A stretch of DNA of 64,000 bases from assembly GCA_040285825.1 (NCBI GenBank), contig JAUPSS010000012.1, positions 372,001 to 436,000 of the forward strand, read 5' to 3'. This document shows, one piece after another, positions 1-12,174 of the stretch. Position numbers and translations under genes: made by a program. This stretch comes from Eukaryota sp. TZLM1-RC (lineage: Eukaryota; Protista; Metamonada: BaSk clade). The stretch's first letter is position 1. Each line of letters starts with the position of its first letter. The notes under the pieces are model-generated. The model was not told the origin of the DNA. It made no database searches and saw only the letters and a list, made by a program, of their open reading frames with translations.

Positions 1-438
1 TGTTGTCACTGTTGATGTTTGTAAAGACTCAGCAATTGACTTTGCTGAAAAGAGCAAAATCAAAAAGTACAATGAACCCTTATCTCAGCTAGGACGTGTT
101 GAGTATGTTAAGTATCAGTTGGTTCCATTTGCTGTTTCTCTTTTTGGTAACATTGGAATATCTGGCATTAAATTTCTTGAAGGTTTCAGAAGTTTAATAA
201 AAGAAAGAGCAGGAAAAGAATTGAACTTCAATTTCTGGCACAATAGAATTGTTTTCAGTATTCTTAAAGCAATTCCAGAAATGTTGACCAAAGCACTGTT
301 ACAATTAGAAATAGAGTATGAAAATCGCGCGCTTAAAAGATTTGATGATGTTGATGCGTGTATTGAGGATATTGAGTTCTAGTTTTTTGTTTAATGTTTT
401 GTTAGCGTTGAAAATAAATTTATACCAATCAAAAAAAA
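1..438 (+). mobile_element. 3' end of CRE-like non-LTR retrotransposon (RLE domain, 3'UTR, A-tail)
   Basis: ORF to 382 reads VVTVDVCKDS..KYNEPL..VPFAVSLFGNIG..FWHNRIVF, the C-terminal endonuclease tail shared by many copies in the window. A-run near 430. Confidence 0.85.
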
Positions 439-903
439 GATATTACCAAGACGCTATACGACCAGCAACTAGAAGCTCAACGACAACAAAATTTGCGAGT
501 TATTAGTATTGAAAGTCTTCAGAGCATGCACAGTACACTGAGCCTGTCAACTCAAGGTTGGGTTGAGTTCAAAATGCTTTATGAAAGCAATAAAATTGCT
601 GATCTCTACATTGTTCCTGAAAACGTGCTCAGATTCAAAATGTTGAAGAGTTCCAAATACGATATTGAAGAAGTCTCAATGCTCGATGACCAGATCGTAC
701 AATTTATCAAAAGAAAAGAAACACAGCTCGAAGAAGAGGTCAACTCCTTTAGAGAGGCTTTGAAAACAAAATATTCTGCTGAAATTAGTAATTTTGTTCG
801 ATCAATGTTGAACTCAGCTCCGGTTCCCACACAGCTTAATGCTGATGCAGAGCTCATGTTTGACAGCTGTAGAAATGTTAGTGATCCTCATGCGAAACTT
901 TAG
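439..903 (+). CDS. Hypothetical protein, 5'-truncated by the adjacent retroelement
   Basis: The frame stays open upstream of 493 (DITKTLYDQQLEAQRQQNLRVIS..) up to the retroelement A-tail. No recognisable motif. Confidence 0.4.
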   Translation, partial: DITKTLYDQQLEAQRQQNLRVISIESLQSMHSTLSLSTQGWVEFKMLYESNKIADLYIVPENVLRFKMLKSSKYDIEEVSMLDDQIVQFIKRKETQLEEEVNSFREALKTKYSAEISNFVRSMLNSAPVPTQLNADAELMFDSCRNVSDPHAKL

Positions 904-955
904 TTTTTGAAAAATTACTAAACGATAAAAATTTAATTATGTATTTTAGAAATCA

Positions 956-1894
956 TTAATCAGTTGACACAAATTTTTTCAATCTTTCACTGTGCAAATA
1001 AGGAGACTTGTAGTTTTGTTGTTCAACGTAACCAGAGTGATTAAAGAGCGAGTTACAGTTATAGTTACGTAAGCTCTCAAGACAAGAAAAAATAATTTGG
1101 GTAGCAGGCACGTCAGGATAAAGTTTAGCTTCGTTTCGAACTCGTCTTCTTAAGATAGAGAAAAAACTCTCGATAAGATTACATTCTGGGCAGTATGGGG
1201 GCAAAAGAATGTATTTAATACCGGTTTTACTTACAGCTGCAAAAATTTCAGGTGACCTATGAATTCGACAGCCATCTAATATCAGAACAGAGCGTGGACC
1301 TGGAAATCGATACGTTACACCATCTCTGATTAAGTCTTTTAAGAAGCCAACAAAATCTGATCTGCTGAAGTGACCTTCCTTCATATGTGAGATCACATAG
1401 CCAAACATGTTAATACAAACGACCAGTGATATTTGGCGTGCATTAATTTTTCCAGCTTTGGCATGAATAGGAACTTTCTTTTTAGAATATCCTTTGTTTC
1501 GATGAAAATGTTCGTTTCGAAAACTCAATTCATCAATAAATAGTAGTGAAGACTGAATAATAGATCCCACTTCTTTCAAAAGAAATGCGTCATAGTTACG
1601 ATGCAGACTCTCTTTACACTTGTAGAGGACTGTTGATGCAACTTTATTTGAATATCCTGAATCAACAAGAATTCTTCGGATTGTTGACACTGAAGAAGCG
1701 ATACCAAACATATTCCTACAGAGAGTCTCCATTTCATGTACAAACATAAACGGATCGTTATCAACTATCTTCAACAAAATGTCAACTTCTGTGCATTTGA
1801 ACTTTTTTGACCGTTTACGTTTGTGTGTACCCCATTTAGAGGCGTCAAAGGAGTGTTTTAACCATCGAGATATCGTTGATTGTGATATAATCAA
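956..1894 (-). mobile_element. IS630/Tc1-mariner transposase (DD34E), N-terminus apparently missing
   Basis: HTH-like ISQSTISRWLK and SVSTIRRIL. Catalytic motifs LFIDE, LILDGCRIH and LPPYCPECNLIE, with 34 residues between D and E. No ATG start and no TIRs found. Confidence 0.9.
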
Positions 1895-1899
1895 CTAAA

Positions 1900-3650
1900 T
1901 TCCACAAGTCAACTCTATAAAAGTCAATTGTCAAAAAGAACTTGCCGAAGTTTGGCAACCACAAAGTCTGAGAACTCTATCAAAGTTGCTGAATTGGCAG
2001 CAAACGCAGATAATTCGGTGTTTGCGTCTTCAATTGTCATTTCGTTAGACTCTATCAATTGGTTCCTGTCGTAACCTACCTCAGTATATTTTGTAGCCCA
2101 TCGTTTTTATTTTTCATTCATGCTACTTTTCAAAGAACAGGACATCTGAGTCATTCTCAACCATTTGTACTTCTTGTCTTGATTCATCACCCGACTATTT
2201 CTTTGCTGTTCAATTTCATGCTGAGGAACCATGGCTAGTTCTTGATCAGTCTTTTTACTCCCAAAATACAATAAATCACATTTTCCAGGATCACAAACAA
2301 CAATTCGTTTGTCTTGAAATGTATCAACACCAACATCATCAATATATAATCCGAAATACTGGCCTTGTTTCCTGGCTCACATTTCTGACCTCGTAAATGC
2401 TGACGAACAAATTCTACTGTAATATTAAACATATCTGTGTGGATAATGTTGTTGAATTTATAGCCTTTCTGTTTGAACATTGGTTGGTTTAAATCGAGAA
2501 TATTAGACCAAAAGTCAAATTGCTGAGGTGGTTTGAATTTCGTAATTTGGGGTAGTGTATTCGACATTTGTCATCTCTGATCAGGCAACAAATCGTCCGT
2601 CAATGTTTGTCTAATAATTGTCCATATTCTTCTTGTATCAATAAAAAATATCCAGGGCCTACAGTGGTTGAAACAGGAGAAATATGATAAGGTTTTTTCT
2701 CTACTGGAGATATATTGGGCAATTGTAATTGCTGTGTTTTAGGAATATTTGAGGATCTTTTTCAACAGCGTCTACAACAAAATGTATATCCACTGGAAAT
2801 ATGTTGTCAACTAAATTCTCGTCAGTGACCAAATTCAATCAATAATTTGACAAGTGAATGGCTCAATAGGACTTTCAAATATGTCTGTAAGTTCATTATT
2901 TCTCATATCATGTTGTTCAAATAAATCGAAACAATCGTCATTCAGAAGGTCTGAAATATTTTCTGGATGATGAAACAAAGAACTCAAGCAATCTCTATCA
3001 TCAATTAAAAATAAGTAATTGAATTGACGAAGTCTAAATCTAAATAGTGAAATAATTGTAGATAATGGCGTTGAGTATCCACCCAGCTTGTGCATTTCCG
3101 ATAACACATATTCCACAACTACTTTGTCAAAGTCAACATTACAAAATTGATTAATATGTTTTTCATAATACAGTTTCAAATTATTCAACATTGGCAAATA
3201 TTACTGCGGCCATATACTGAGGTGGTCTACTGAAGCCATCAGTTGGAAATCGTGGAAAAAACTCCGGCCTTCATTTCAAATGGTCTACATAACCTATAGT
3301 TTTGTTCAACTTTTGTTGTTCAAAGGTAGTCGATGATCCATAATCTCCTTCACCATAAACAAAGTTTTCAAAGTCCTTTGGAAATGCACTTTTTCGTTTC
3401 ACCATTTCTTGTCCATAATACCCAGTTGAAATATAACGAGTTCTGGCCATTAATGATTCATTTAATTGGGCAGATATTCGTGGTGGTATAAAACTACGTT
3501 CAGAACAAGACTGTAAATACAGCTTTAAGCAACAAGTTGTATGAATACGTAACTGTTGAAATTTTACCACAGTTCCTTCAATTTGAGTATCGCGTTTGAA
3601 CGTTTAACCATTGAGTTGACGGTCGCTCGAATGGTTTTATAAGATGATCA
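1900..3650 (-). pseudogene. Fanzor1 (TnpB-like RNA-guided nuclease), N-terminal two-thirds, frameshifted
   Basis: Colinear Fanzor1-like blocks across frames: YKTIRATVNSMVK..VVKFQQLRIHTTCCLKLYL; YMAAVIFANVE/NNLKLYYEKHINQFCNV; DPQIFLKH; SPVSTTVGPGYF/IDTRR; FWSNILDLNQPMFKQKGYKFNNIIHTDMFNITVEF; RuvC-I RIVVCDPGKCDLLYF (D at 2290-2292); NTELSAFAANSATLIEFSDFVVAK. Ends before RuvC-II. Confidence 0.85.
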
Positions 3651-4508
3651 AATCAATTTGCCTTTCTGAAACAGCACGAAAAGTTTCAGACAAAGGATAC
3701 AATCATGAAGCCCATATTGAATCGAATTTTGTATTAGAGGAGAAATAGCTAAACAATCAATTGGCAAAATATGGTAAAATTCCTGATAAAGTTTGGTTTT
3801 CTTTGCATTTATCATTTTATATGCCAAATTACCTAATCCATGTCCGTAGAATATTTTAATAGTTTTTTGGCAAATAACAAAGTATCTAAAAGGAAAAAGC
3901 CGTTGCTGATTATCAATAAGGCGTTTTCGTCAGAGAATATTTCTGCCTGAACATTCATATCAATGTCTGGTAATCTGATTTGAGGACTCATTCTCAATAT
4001 AAGTGAATATTTACTCTCCAAAAAGTAATTATGGCGATCAAACTTACCAATAATAATCAAAAATACACTTTTTGATCTGAAATACACTCACCCATTTGCT
4101 CATCAGTTTTCTTTTTCAAAAGATTTGAACCTTCTTTTCTCTTTTTGTTGATAATATTGGCAATAGGGATAAATTGGCCATCATGATTTTGGTAAAGATG
4201 CCATCCTGATAGGTTTCAAGTTTAAAGGACTCAACAGTGGGAAATTTTGATTTGGGGTAATTGATGTGAATTGAAGCAATGAATCAGGCTTGAAGCCACT
4301 AGGACCTGGCTCAATTTTTTGGACCATACTCGGTTTCAATGGTTTTTTGTCGAAATCTTCTTGTTCTCGATATTCAACATTATTTTCAACACAAATTTCT
4401 CGGCTCAGTGATTTTTGTTGTTTGTTTCGCTTACGCTTTGATGTTTGTTGGTCAAAAATCGCTTTTCTTTTTATTTTTGATGGAGGAGTTGATTTAAAAA
4501 TGGATGTT
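3651..4508 (-). pseudogene. Degenerate N-terminal extension upstream of the Fanzor (basic segment plus possible DEDDh exonuclease remnant)
   Basis: 4508-4280 reads SIFKSTPPSKIKRKAIFDQQTSKRKRNK. 3850-3650 is in frame with the Fanzor core apart from one TGA (HGLGNLAYKM..LHDCILCLKLF..LI*SSYKT). LLDTLLFAKKL lies just upstream in another frame. Confidence 0.45.
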
Positions 4509-7500
4509 TGATGCCGTCTGTGTCATATGATAACAAAGAGTAAGGATAAATTTTTTAGAATTTCACCGGCCCTTATAAAGGCCATCACTAGTGAACTATA
4601 CTATATAAATACAAATGTACTAGACTAATTGTCCACAGTATAACACTACCTTTTCCCTCTCTTAGATCTCGAACGAGAGCTACGAGTACTGATTGCGGGG
4701 GAATTAGTCTTAGGTTTGGAATTAGAAGATGCCTTCCGTTTCCTGGTAGTGCGAGGGCTAATAGAGCGCAAATATGTTTGATATTCCCCAGTGCTTTTGA
4801 CGTCAGCAACTGGGACAGACGAAGTCTCGCCGTCATACCAAACTGCGGTACAATAAGGAACTTTATTATTGTTCGAATCTACGTAATCAAAGTGATCTAT
4901 AATTTTAACGATTACAGATTCTTCCATATCGCCAGCAGCAATATTCTTATGCCAATCAAGATTTTCTTTAGGGAAGTCTGAAAGGTATAATTTACAATGT
5001 TTTATACTAGCTGTAGATAACGAGCCAGTGACTAAGTTCTTGAGCAATAAGCTTTTATTGGATTTTACTTCTTCAATGAGAAAAGGGCCAGCGTAGCAAC
5101 CATGGAATTTACCATTAGTTTTTAATCGCAAAACCAAGTCACCTTTATTAAAAGGGTTCCTATGTTTGTTAACTTCAGGCAGTTGTTGAGCTTGCCTGAG
5201 CTCTGCCTCTTCTCTCTTCTTTGAAATCCTTTCAAGTTTTGCTTCGAGATCTTTAACAAAGGGAATATTAACATTAGCTGATTTTATTAGTTCAATCATA
5301 TTATTAGGATCAGCTCTAGGGCTGTGGTAGCTACCAAACATTAAATTGTAGGGCGAATGACCAGTAACTCTACTAATAGTTGAATTGATTTGAAGTTGTA
5401 CAATTGGGATGTATTCACTCCAATTGCTGTAATCGCCAGAGTCCACCAAAATCTTTCTTAGACTTTGACTCTGTGTCGTCTTTTTACTAAACCATTGCTT
5501 TGTGAAAAGCTAGTTAGTGAACGACTTACTTCAATGTTTAATAAATCGCATAACTTTTTGAAAATGGCATTTGCAAATTCAATACCATTGTCATTTTAAA
5601 TCAACAGTGGGAACTGCATTCAATTCCTTTACAGGGCAAATGATCGTATACCTAATGAATGAATCTACAAAAACTATTAAATATTTGAATCCATTATCAT
5701 CTTGATGTAATGGTCCAATAGTGTCTGCATTTAATCGTGCAAAAGGTCGATCAGCCCAAAGAGAGCCAGATGATTCAATGATATTTTTAGGTACATGTGC
5801 CGTCTTTTGACATGCTGGGCATCTCTTAATATGATTAATCATGTTTTTGCGCATGTCGGGCCAAAAGTAATCACTATTGAGTAATTTCTTTACGCTAGCC
5901 GTCACACTAGGATGGCCAACATTTGCATGTCCATGAATGAAAGTTAAGGTCTGCTTCTTTAAACTATCTGGGATAACAATCTTCCCACGGTTGTTGGTAT
6001 ACAATCGAATATTTGAATTATATTTGTAATCTTTATAATAATCTGGGTTTGAATCAACATCTATAAGTTATTCTTGCCTAATCTTTGAGATCCATGTGTC
6101 AAATAAATGAAATTTAATATCCTCAACTGCTTCTTTTAAAGCAGGTAAGCTATTGATCGTGGGTAGCTCAATTGTGGACGGTTGAGTAATATCATCCCTT
6201 AACAAATTCACTCTAGTTAATGAATTTAAATAGGGTAATTGTTCTTCAACTCTGTGAGGTGCCAAGTTTCTCACTTGTTGAACTCGAGGAGTTTTGGGTT
6301 TAGTATCAACCAATCTAGACAACATGTCTGCCCAATAATTCTCCTCGCCTGCAGTGTGGACTACATCAAAATTGAATTCTGACAATATTGGTAGCCACCT
6401 CTTCACAATTCTGTTCTTTTCAGGAGCTGATATAAAGTATGCTAAATTTCTATGGTCAGTGAATATAGTTAATTTCCTCGAAATTAAATAATTTTCTAAA
6501 CTACTGTCAGTGAGAATTAGTAAAATTGCATACAACTCTTGCTGAAGTACAGACCAATTCTTCTGTGCAGTTGATAATAATCTGCTAAAAAAGGCAATAG
6601 GTACAACCTTTCTCTTAATTAGCGGTGTCGTAGGATCTTTAGGTGGGTTAGCTCCTTGCCATATTACTCCACCTACAGCCACATCGGACGCGTCAGCACT
6701 AATAAAAATATGCTTGTCTTCTGAGGGCAATTCAAGAGGGATATTTGTTTTAATAAGATTTATAATCTTATCAAAAGCCTCGTCATGATCAGGAGTCCAC
6801 TTGATTTTTGACGGTTTGTTTCTGGTTAATTTGTTGATTGGTTCTATCAAATCAAAGAAATTCGGCAGTTTCGGCAACCATTCACGTATTTAATTGATCG
6901 AACCTACAAAACTCCTTACTTCAGCTAATGTCCTGGGTGTGGGTAGGATGATCAGTTTCTCTATCCTAGATTCATCTCCGTAACGGGTTTTGTTTACAAA
7001 AATTGTACCTAGAATTTTTTTTCATGTTTGCAAGTGGTAAAGCTTCAGTTGGGTAGGTCCACGTTAATTCTAAAACGTTTTGTGCATTCTAGGCCCATAC
7101 CTACTCTGGATAGAAATTCATCCAAGGTTGAAGCTACTAATATAATATTATCGATATATATATATTACCGTTCGTGATGTGACATATGAGATGTTCAAGT
7201 GTTACAATTTTAGTTGCAAAGTAGAACCTTTGTTGAAGCATTATAGTGATGATAATCTTTTTAATTCACGTCGAGGTGATTTAATTGCTCCTTTTGTGGA
7301 TTCCTCTCAAGTTGTTGTTGATTTCACTACAGTTGATCCCTTTGCTTTTGTTTATCGCGATGATGTTTTACTTAGTACTAATGGTCATTTAAACAAGGCT
7401 GAAGATCGTAAGAGAGATAAATATACTGAGATATTAAATGATTTGAATAACCTTTATTCGAAGTTTTCGTTTGTTCCTTTTGCCTTTTCGATTTTTGGCA

Positions 7501-10500
7501 ACATTGGACAATCCGCCTTGAATTTCATCAATGATTTTGGTAATTTATGTCGTTCAAGTGGTAAGAATTTTGCAGAGAATTTATGGAAAAATCGTATCAT
7601 TTTCGCTTTGTACAGAAGTGTTCCCAAGTACTTGAGTTTAATGATGTCTAAACTTTATAAGGATTCATCAAGAGTTGGCGTGGAGAATTTCGTTTCTTAT
7701 GTGTTTTAGTTTGTTTTGTTTTTATTTGATTCTTTATATAAATGGTTTGATTTAATAAATAAATTATCGATATATATATATAAATAAATACACCTTCGGA
7801 ATCAAACATTTCCATCATCATGTTTTGGAAGACTGCAGGAAAGTTCTTCAAACCAAAACAAGCCCTTTTTAAACTGATCGACATCACGGGAATTGATACG
7901 GTAGATTTATCAATGTCCTCTTCTGCAATTTTGAGCTGCCAAAATGCCTGAGGTAAATCTAGAGTTGCTATATAGTAAGCTTTACTTAGAAACTCTAAAA
8001 TGTCGCTAATCCTGAGCAAATTTGCCTCTACAGGTTTAGTTAAATCATTTACTCCACCAATACCATTAAAATCGCCAGTTAATCGTGGTTTCCTGTGATC
8101 AGGGTAAATCACAAGACAGATGGAACTACTGAATTGAAACTTTGCGGGCACAGCAAATCCATTACGGATCAATTCGTTAAAATTTCCTCGGCTACCCGTT
8201 GTTTTCCTGGGTTTAATCTTCGAGGTTTCCTTTTGACGATCTTACTTTCGTCGTAAAATGGAATGGTCATCGGCTGACAATCTATTCCATCCGGGTGAGG
8301 TAGCCCACTGCACACATCTCTGTATTCTTCTAGTAGCAAGACTAGGCGTTCCTCGTCCCTAATGTCATCCAGGCATATTCTACAGCCCAACTCATCTAAA
8401 AAATGTTTGAATGTGGAGTGTCCAATACTATTACCTAATATAGTTTTATTCTGTATTAAATCAATACAATTAACAGGTTGACAGGTTCTGTTATCAAACT
8501 CACATTCTGCATTCAAGATGGTGCGATGTTCGCGGTCTAAACTAATATTAATACCGTGCTCCATGCGCAGCCCCAAGGTTTGTAAAAGGTCTCTTCCAAT
8601 CAAAAAATTATTGGTACCAGGTATGATCTGGAACTCGATCCTTAAATACACGTGAGTGGCCAAGCTACCCACATTGAGAGCAAGAACACCATTCGCACTT
8701 CCTAGGGTCGTGGAGGGATTACCATTTGCTGATAGGTATTCGACGGTTTTATTCTCGTCAATTGTCATTCGACATTTTAAGGCTAGATCCATCGATAATG
8801 CTGAGAATGCAGCTCCACTATCGATTTCGCCTTGTACTTCCACGTTATTTATTGAGCAGGTCAACAAGAGTTCCCTGTTAGAACTTACTTGGTCTCCTGT
8901 CACCCTGGATAGTCTAACACTGTGGATAGAACCCACAGGATTGGATGACTCTCTAAATCTTTTTAAAGGCTTTAGATGTTTATAATTCGAGTCAATTTTG
9001 CTCATTTTATTGATAGAACTACGTTACCACGTTTACTACCATCTCCTCCTCTTCGTTTCTTACTTCCAGGTCTGCCAACGACGGAGAAGAACTTTTCTTC
9101 AGCATGTTTATCTGTGTTACAGATGCCACACCATTGCCCAGATGGGGTTTGCTTGGGGTGATGTTTACCTCTACCGCCACCTCTAGATCCTCTAAGATGA
9201 TCTCTGGAGGGACGTCTTGACTGGCTAGGTCCTCTGAACGAAGGGTTGTTCCCAAATAATATTTTAACATTGGACAGTTCCAAATTTTGGTATTCTGTCA
9301 TCTTCTGAATAAAGGCTTGCCCTAAATCGTAGATCGCATCGCTAAGTTTCCTAACATTTGCTTTCCTGGAGGAAATTCGTCAATCCAAATTGCATAGGTA
9401 TTGACTAATTGGTTGTTAGTCTTCTTATTAATCTCCTGTAGAATCAATCTAGCAGGGTAAACAACTGAGGGCTGCCCATCGGTTCCCGGCATAGCGGTTG
9501 ACCGTCTTATGATATAAACAAATTGTTGGATGAAAGTGTTCTAAATTACCTCCACAGGTTTGCGACTAATCTCGGGTGGTTTTGTGGCTGATATAGCAGC
9601 ATGAACTTCAGAAATTCTTCTGTATTGGGTGCTAAATAGCAAAAATTCCCAAATCTCGTGGTCGGTTGCATTCCTATCTAAAGGTTCTTTGCGACCTCCA
9701 AGACGAGTTTTCCATTGGTCCATAACTGTGCCCTCGATCATTTCGCTCAAATATAGGGGGTAGATTTCATAAAACATCGAACGTACGAAATCAAATTCGT
9801 GGATTGGCTCCCCATATTTGGTGATCGGCTGAAAAGGTCTCATAGGTCCATCTCGGTCCCTTTTGGTTTTATCCCAATTCGCAAAATTTACCACAAAATC
9901 GAAAACTTTCTTGGAATCAAAACCATCATCCAATTTCTTTAGTTGTCTTTTCCTTTCTTCTATTATCTTGATGAGCTTTTCTTCATCAGTGAATGGTTTG
10001 TTGTACACCAGAGGAAAGAACCAAAGGGTCTCATGGTATGTTAGTTGAAGGACTACTAGCTACCAAGGGAATAGTGGGAGGGACAGGACTACTTTGTCCA
10101 GAAGCTTGTGCAGATGATCGTCTTCTTCTTAGATACGGTGCTACTGAAGGAGTCGAGAATAATAATTGATTTGCTTCTTCAGATGGTAGCATCTCGCTCA
10201 AGTCTAGGATTTGGCGATGTTTGGGTGGATCATCCTGCTCAGGCAACTTCTGAGTATCAGGTTTAAAAGTACCCCAATCTGGAGCATTTTTGGAACCTTG
10301 AGGGATTCCATCCACATCATGTTTATAAGGGAGGCAACTACTTTTGACCAGGATATTTTCAAAAACTCTCTGATCTGGGTAGCTGTCAACCCAAGCTTTG
10401 AGCTTAACTATCCAAGGATCTGGATAAACCAGTTTTATATTATTAGGTCCTACCCGTTGTTCAACTAATTCAATGATCTTGGTTCCCTTTGTTCTCACAA

Positions 10501-11763
10501 AGGTTTCCTTGCGGTGAAATTGAATTGTATCTCCGCGATCAGCAACGAACATACTACCTAATAGCGTTAACACATCCGTCATTCTATCACTTGGATGAAT
10601 GTTTTCAACAAGGAAGTGTCTTACTGTTCCTCTCATCATACGGCCTGCATGGTGATGAGGGTACATTTTGGCAATCCAAAACATACGATCATTTTCCAAC
10701 TCGTTGCCTCCGGAATACTGGTTCCTAGCACGGATCCGTTGATCAGGAATGGCATCTCTGTGCCAAAACTGTGGTTTTGGGGTAGCAGCCTGGTATTTCG
10801 AACGTGGGTTGTCGAAGCAACAATTCTCAGGATCTTCTGCTACATACTGGACTACACTCTCAGCACATTGATCGAGCCTAGTTGACATATCCGGGCCTTG
10901 ATCTTGTTCTTGGTGAACTACATCGTCCATGGTATAACCACGCGAGCTACCAAAGAGGAGGGGCCATCTTTTCTTTAGAAATTCTTCCCTGTCACCTACG
11001 TAACTGGGGTCCGAGACAATATTTGCCTCTGTCTCAATGGCCTTGACGAATTCGTCATCACTCAAATCCCTAATATCATCGGGTGAAGAAGCTCGAATAT
11101 TTAGGAGGAACTCCTGAACGAAAAGGGTTACCTTCTCTTTTAAATGTTGACGGTACCACTTTTGAGAGGTGCGGTATTCCGTATCTGTCCAATCTGCAGA
11201 AAAGGATGGGCGTCTGGGTGGTTCATCACCATTCCGTCACCGTCACCGTCGTTAGGGTTGTCCTCGCCCAGCTGAGATGTATCCGTAGTAACTGGCTGAT
11301 CTTCTTCTTCTTTAGGTTTACCAGTATCAGAAAGAGGAGGGTTTGGATTCGAGGAACCCGTGCCTTCCCCATCAACTGGCTTGACGAAAAGCTTAGTGTT
11401 GGTTCCTTCAACCGGTACAAGCTTTGCTCCATTAGGAAGCGTGTTATTGGGGTCTTACCCGGGGAAAAGGTTCCCATGGTTACTCTCATTTTGAGGGGAC
11501 GCTCTCTTCCTCAGGGAGGTTACTCACCGTGGGTGGTGACGGATTGTTCTCCTTCAAAGAAGGGACATTACTCTTCCTCAGAGAGGAAGGAGAGTTATCA
11601 TTGTGGCCTTTCGGGCCATTAATTAATGATGCCGTCTGTGTCATATGATAACAAAGAGTAAGGATAAATTTATTAGAATTTCTCCGTCCCTTATAAAGGC
11701 CATCACTAGTGAACTACACTATATAAATACAAATGTACTAGACTAATTGTCCACAGTACAACA
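4509..11763 (-). mobile_element. Full-length, decayed Ty3/Gypsy chromodomain LTR retrotransposon
   Basis: 137-bp LTRs at 4509-4645 and 11627-11763 (TG..CA, 5 differences); 4-bp TSD tgtt/tctt; PPT AGAGAGGGAAAAGGTAG. Domain order: gag knuckle (CGICNTDKH), protease (IDSGA), RT, RNase H (ADASD..TDHRNL), integrase (HHCC, ADTIGP, GPF), chromodomain. Confidence 0.95.
7166..7762 (+). mobile_element. 5'-truncated CRE-like non-LTR copy nested in the Gypsy RT
   Basis: RLE motifs RRGDLI..VVVDFT..AEDRKRDKY. 19-bp TSD attatcgatatatatatat at 7147-7165 and 7763-7781. Confidence 0.9.
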
Positions 11764-12174
11764 TCTTCTCTTTCTGGGACCAGGATTTGCTTCAACATCT
11801 CCAATTATTGTTAGAACAACAGTAAATGGGTTTGTTGGTACAAGATTTTGGCAGCTACTGGATTGAAATGGTGAATTATAAACATAATCATCAAACTCAA
11901 CATTATTAAAATAGCAACATCCCATATCTACAGTACAAGTACCTAACCACAACAGACAACAAACTCAATAACATTAAGATAACAATTTAAAACAAAAAAT
12001 AAACAAACAAACATCCATATCTAAGGGGATTAGCACCATAACTGATTCAGCACCAATATCATGACTCACATGATTACGGAAAACAGTACTCTGCTGTTCT
12101 GTTAAGAACAGGTTAAAGGAGGAGGTGGGAACCGGGTCCGTAACCTCGTCATCCTTTTTCTCCTCTCGATGCAT
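11764..12174 (-). pseudogene. Leader ORF ending in a 2A (StopGo) motif; 5' part of the gene interrupted by the Gypsy
   Basis: VVLTIIGDVEANPGP, motif at 11776-11802. Continues in frame into 4508 and below once the Gypsy and one TSD copy are removed. A possible 66-nt intron (12008-11943) would link it to ATG 12174. Confidence 0.6.
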
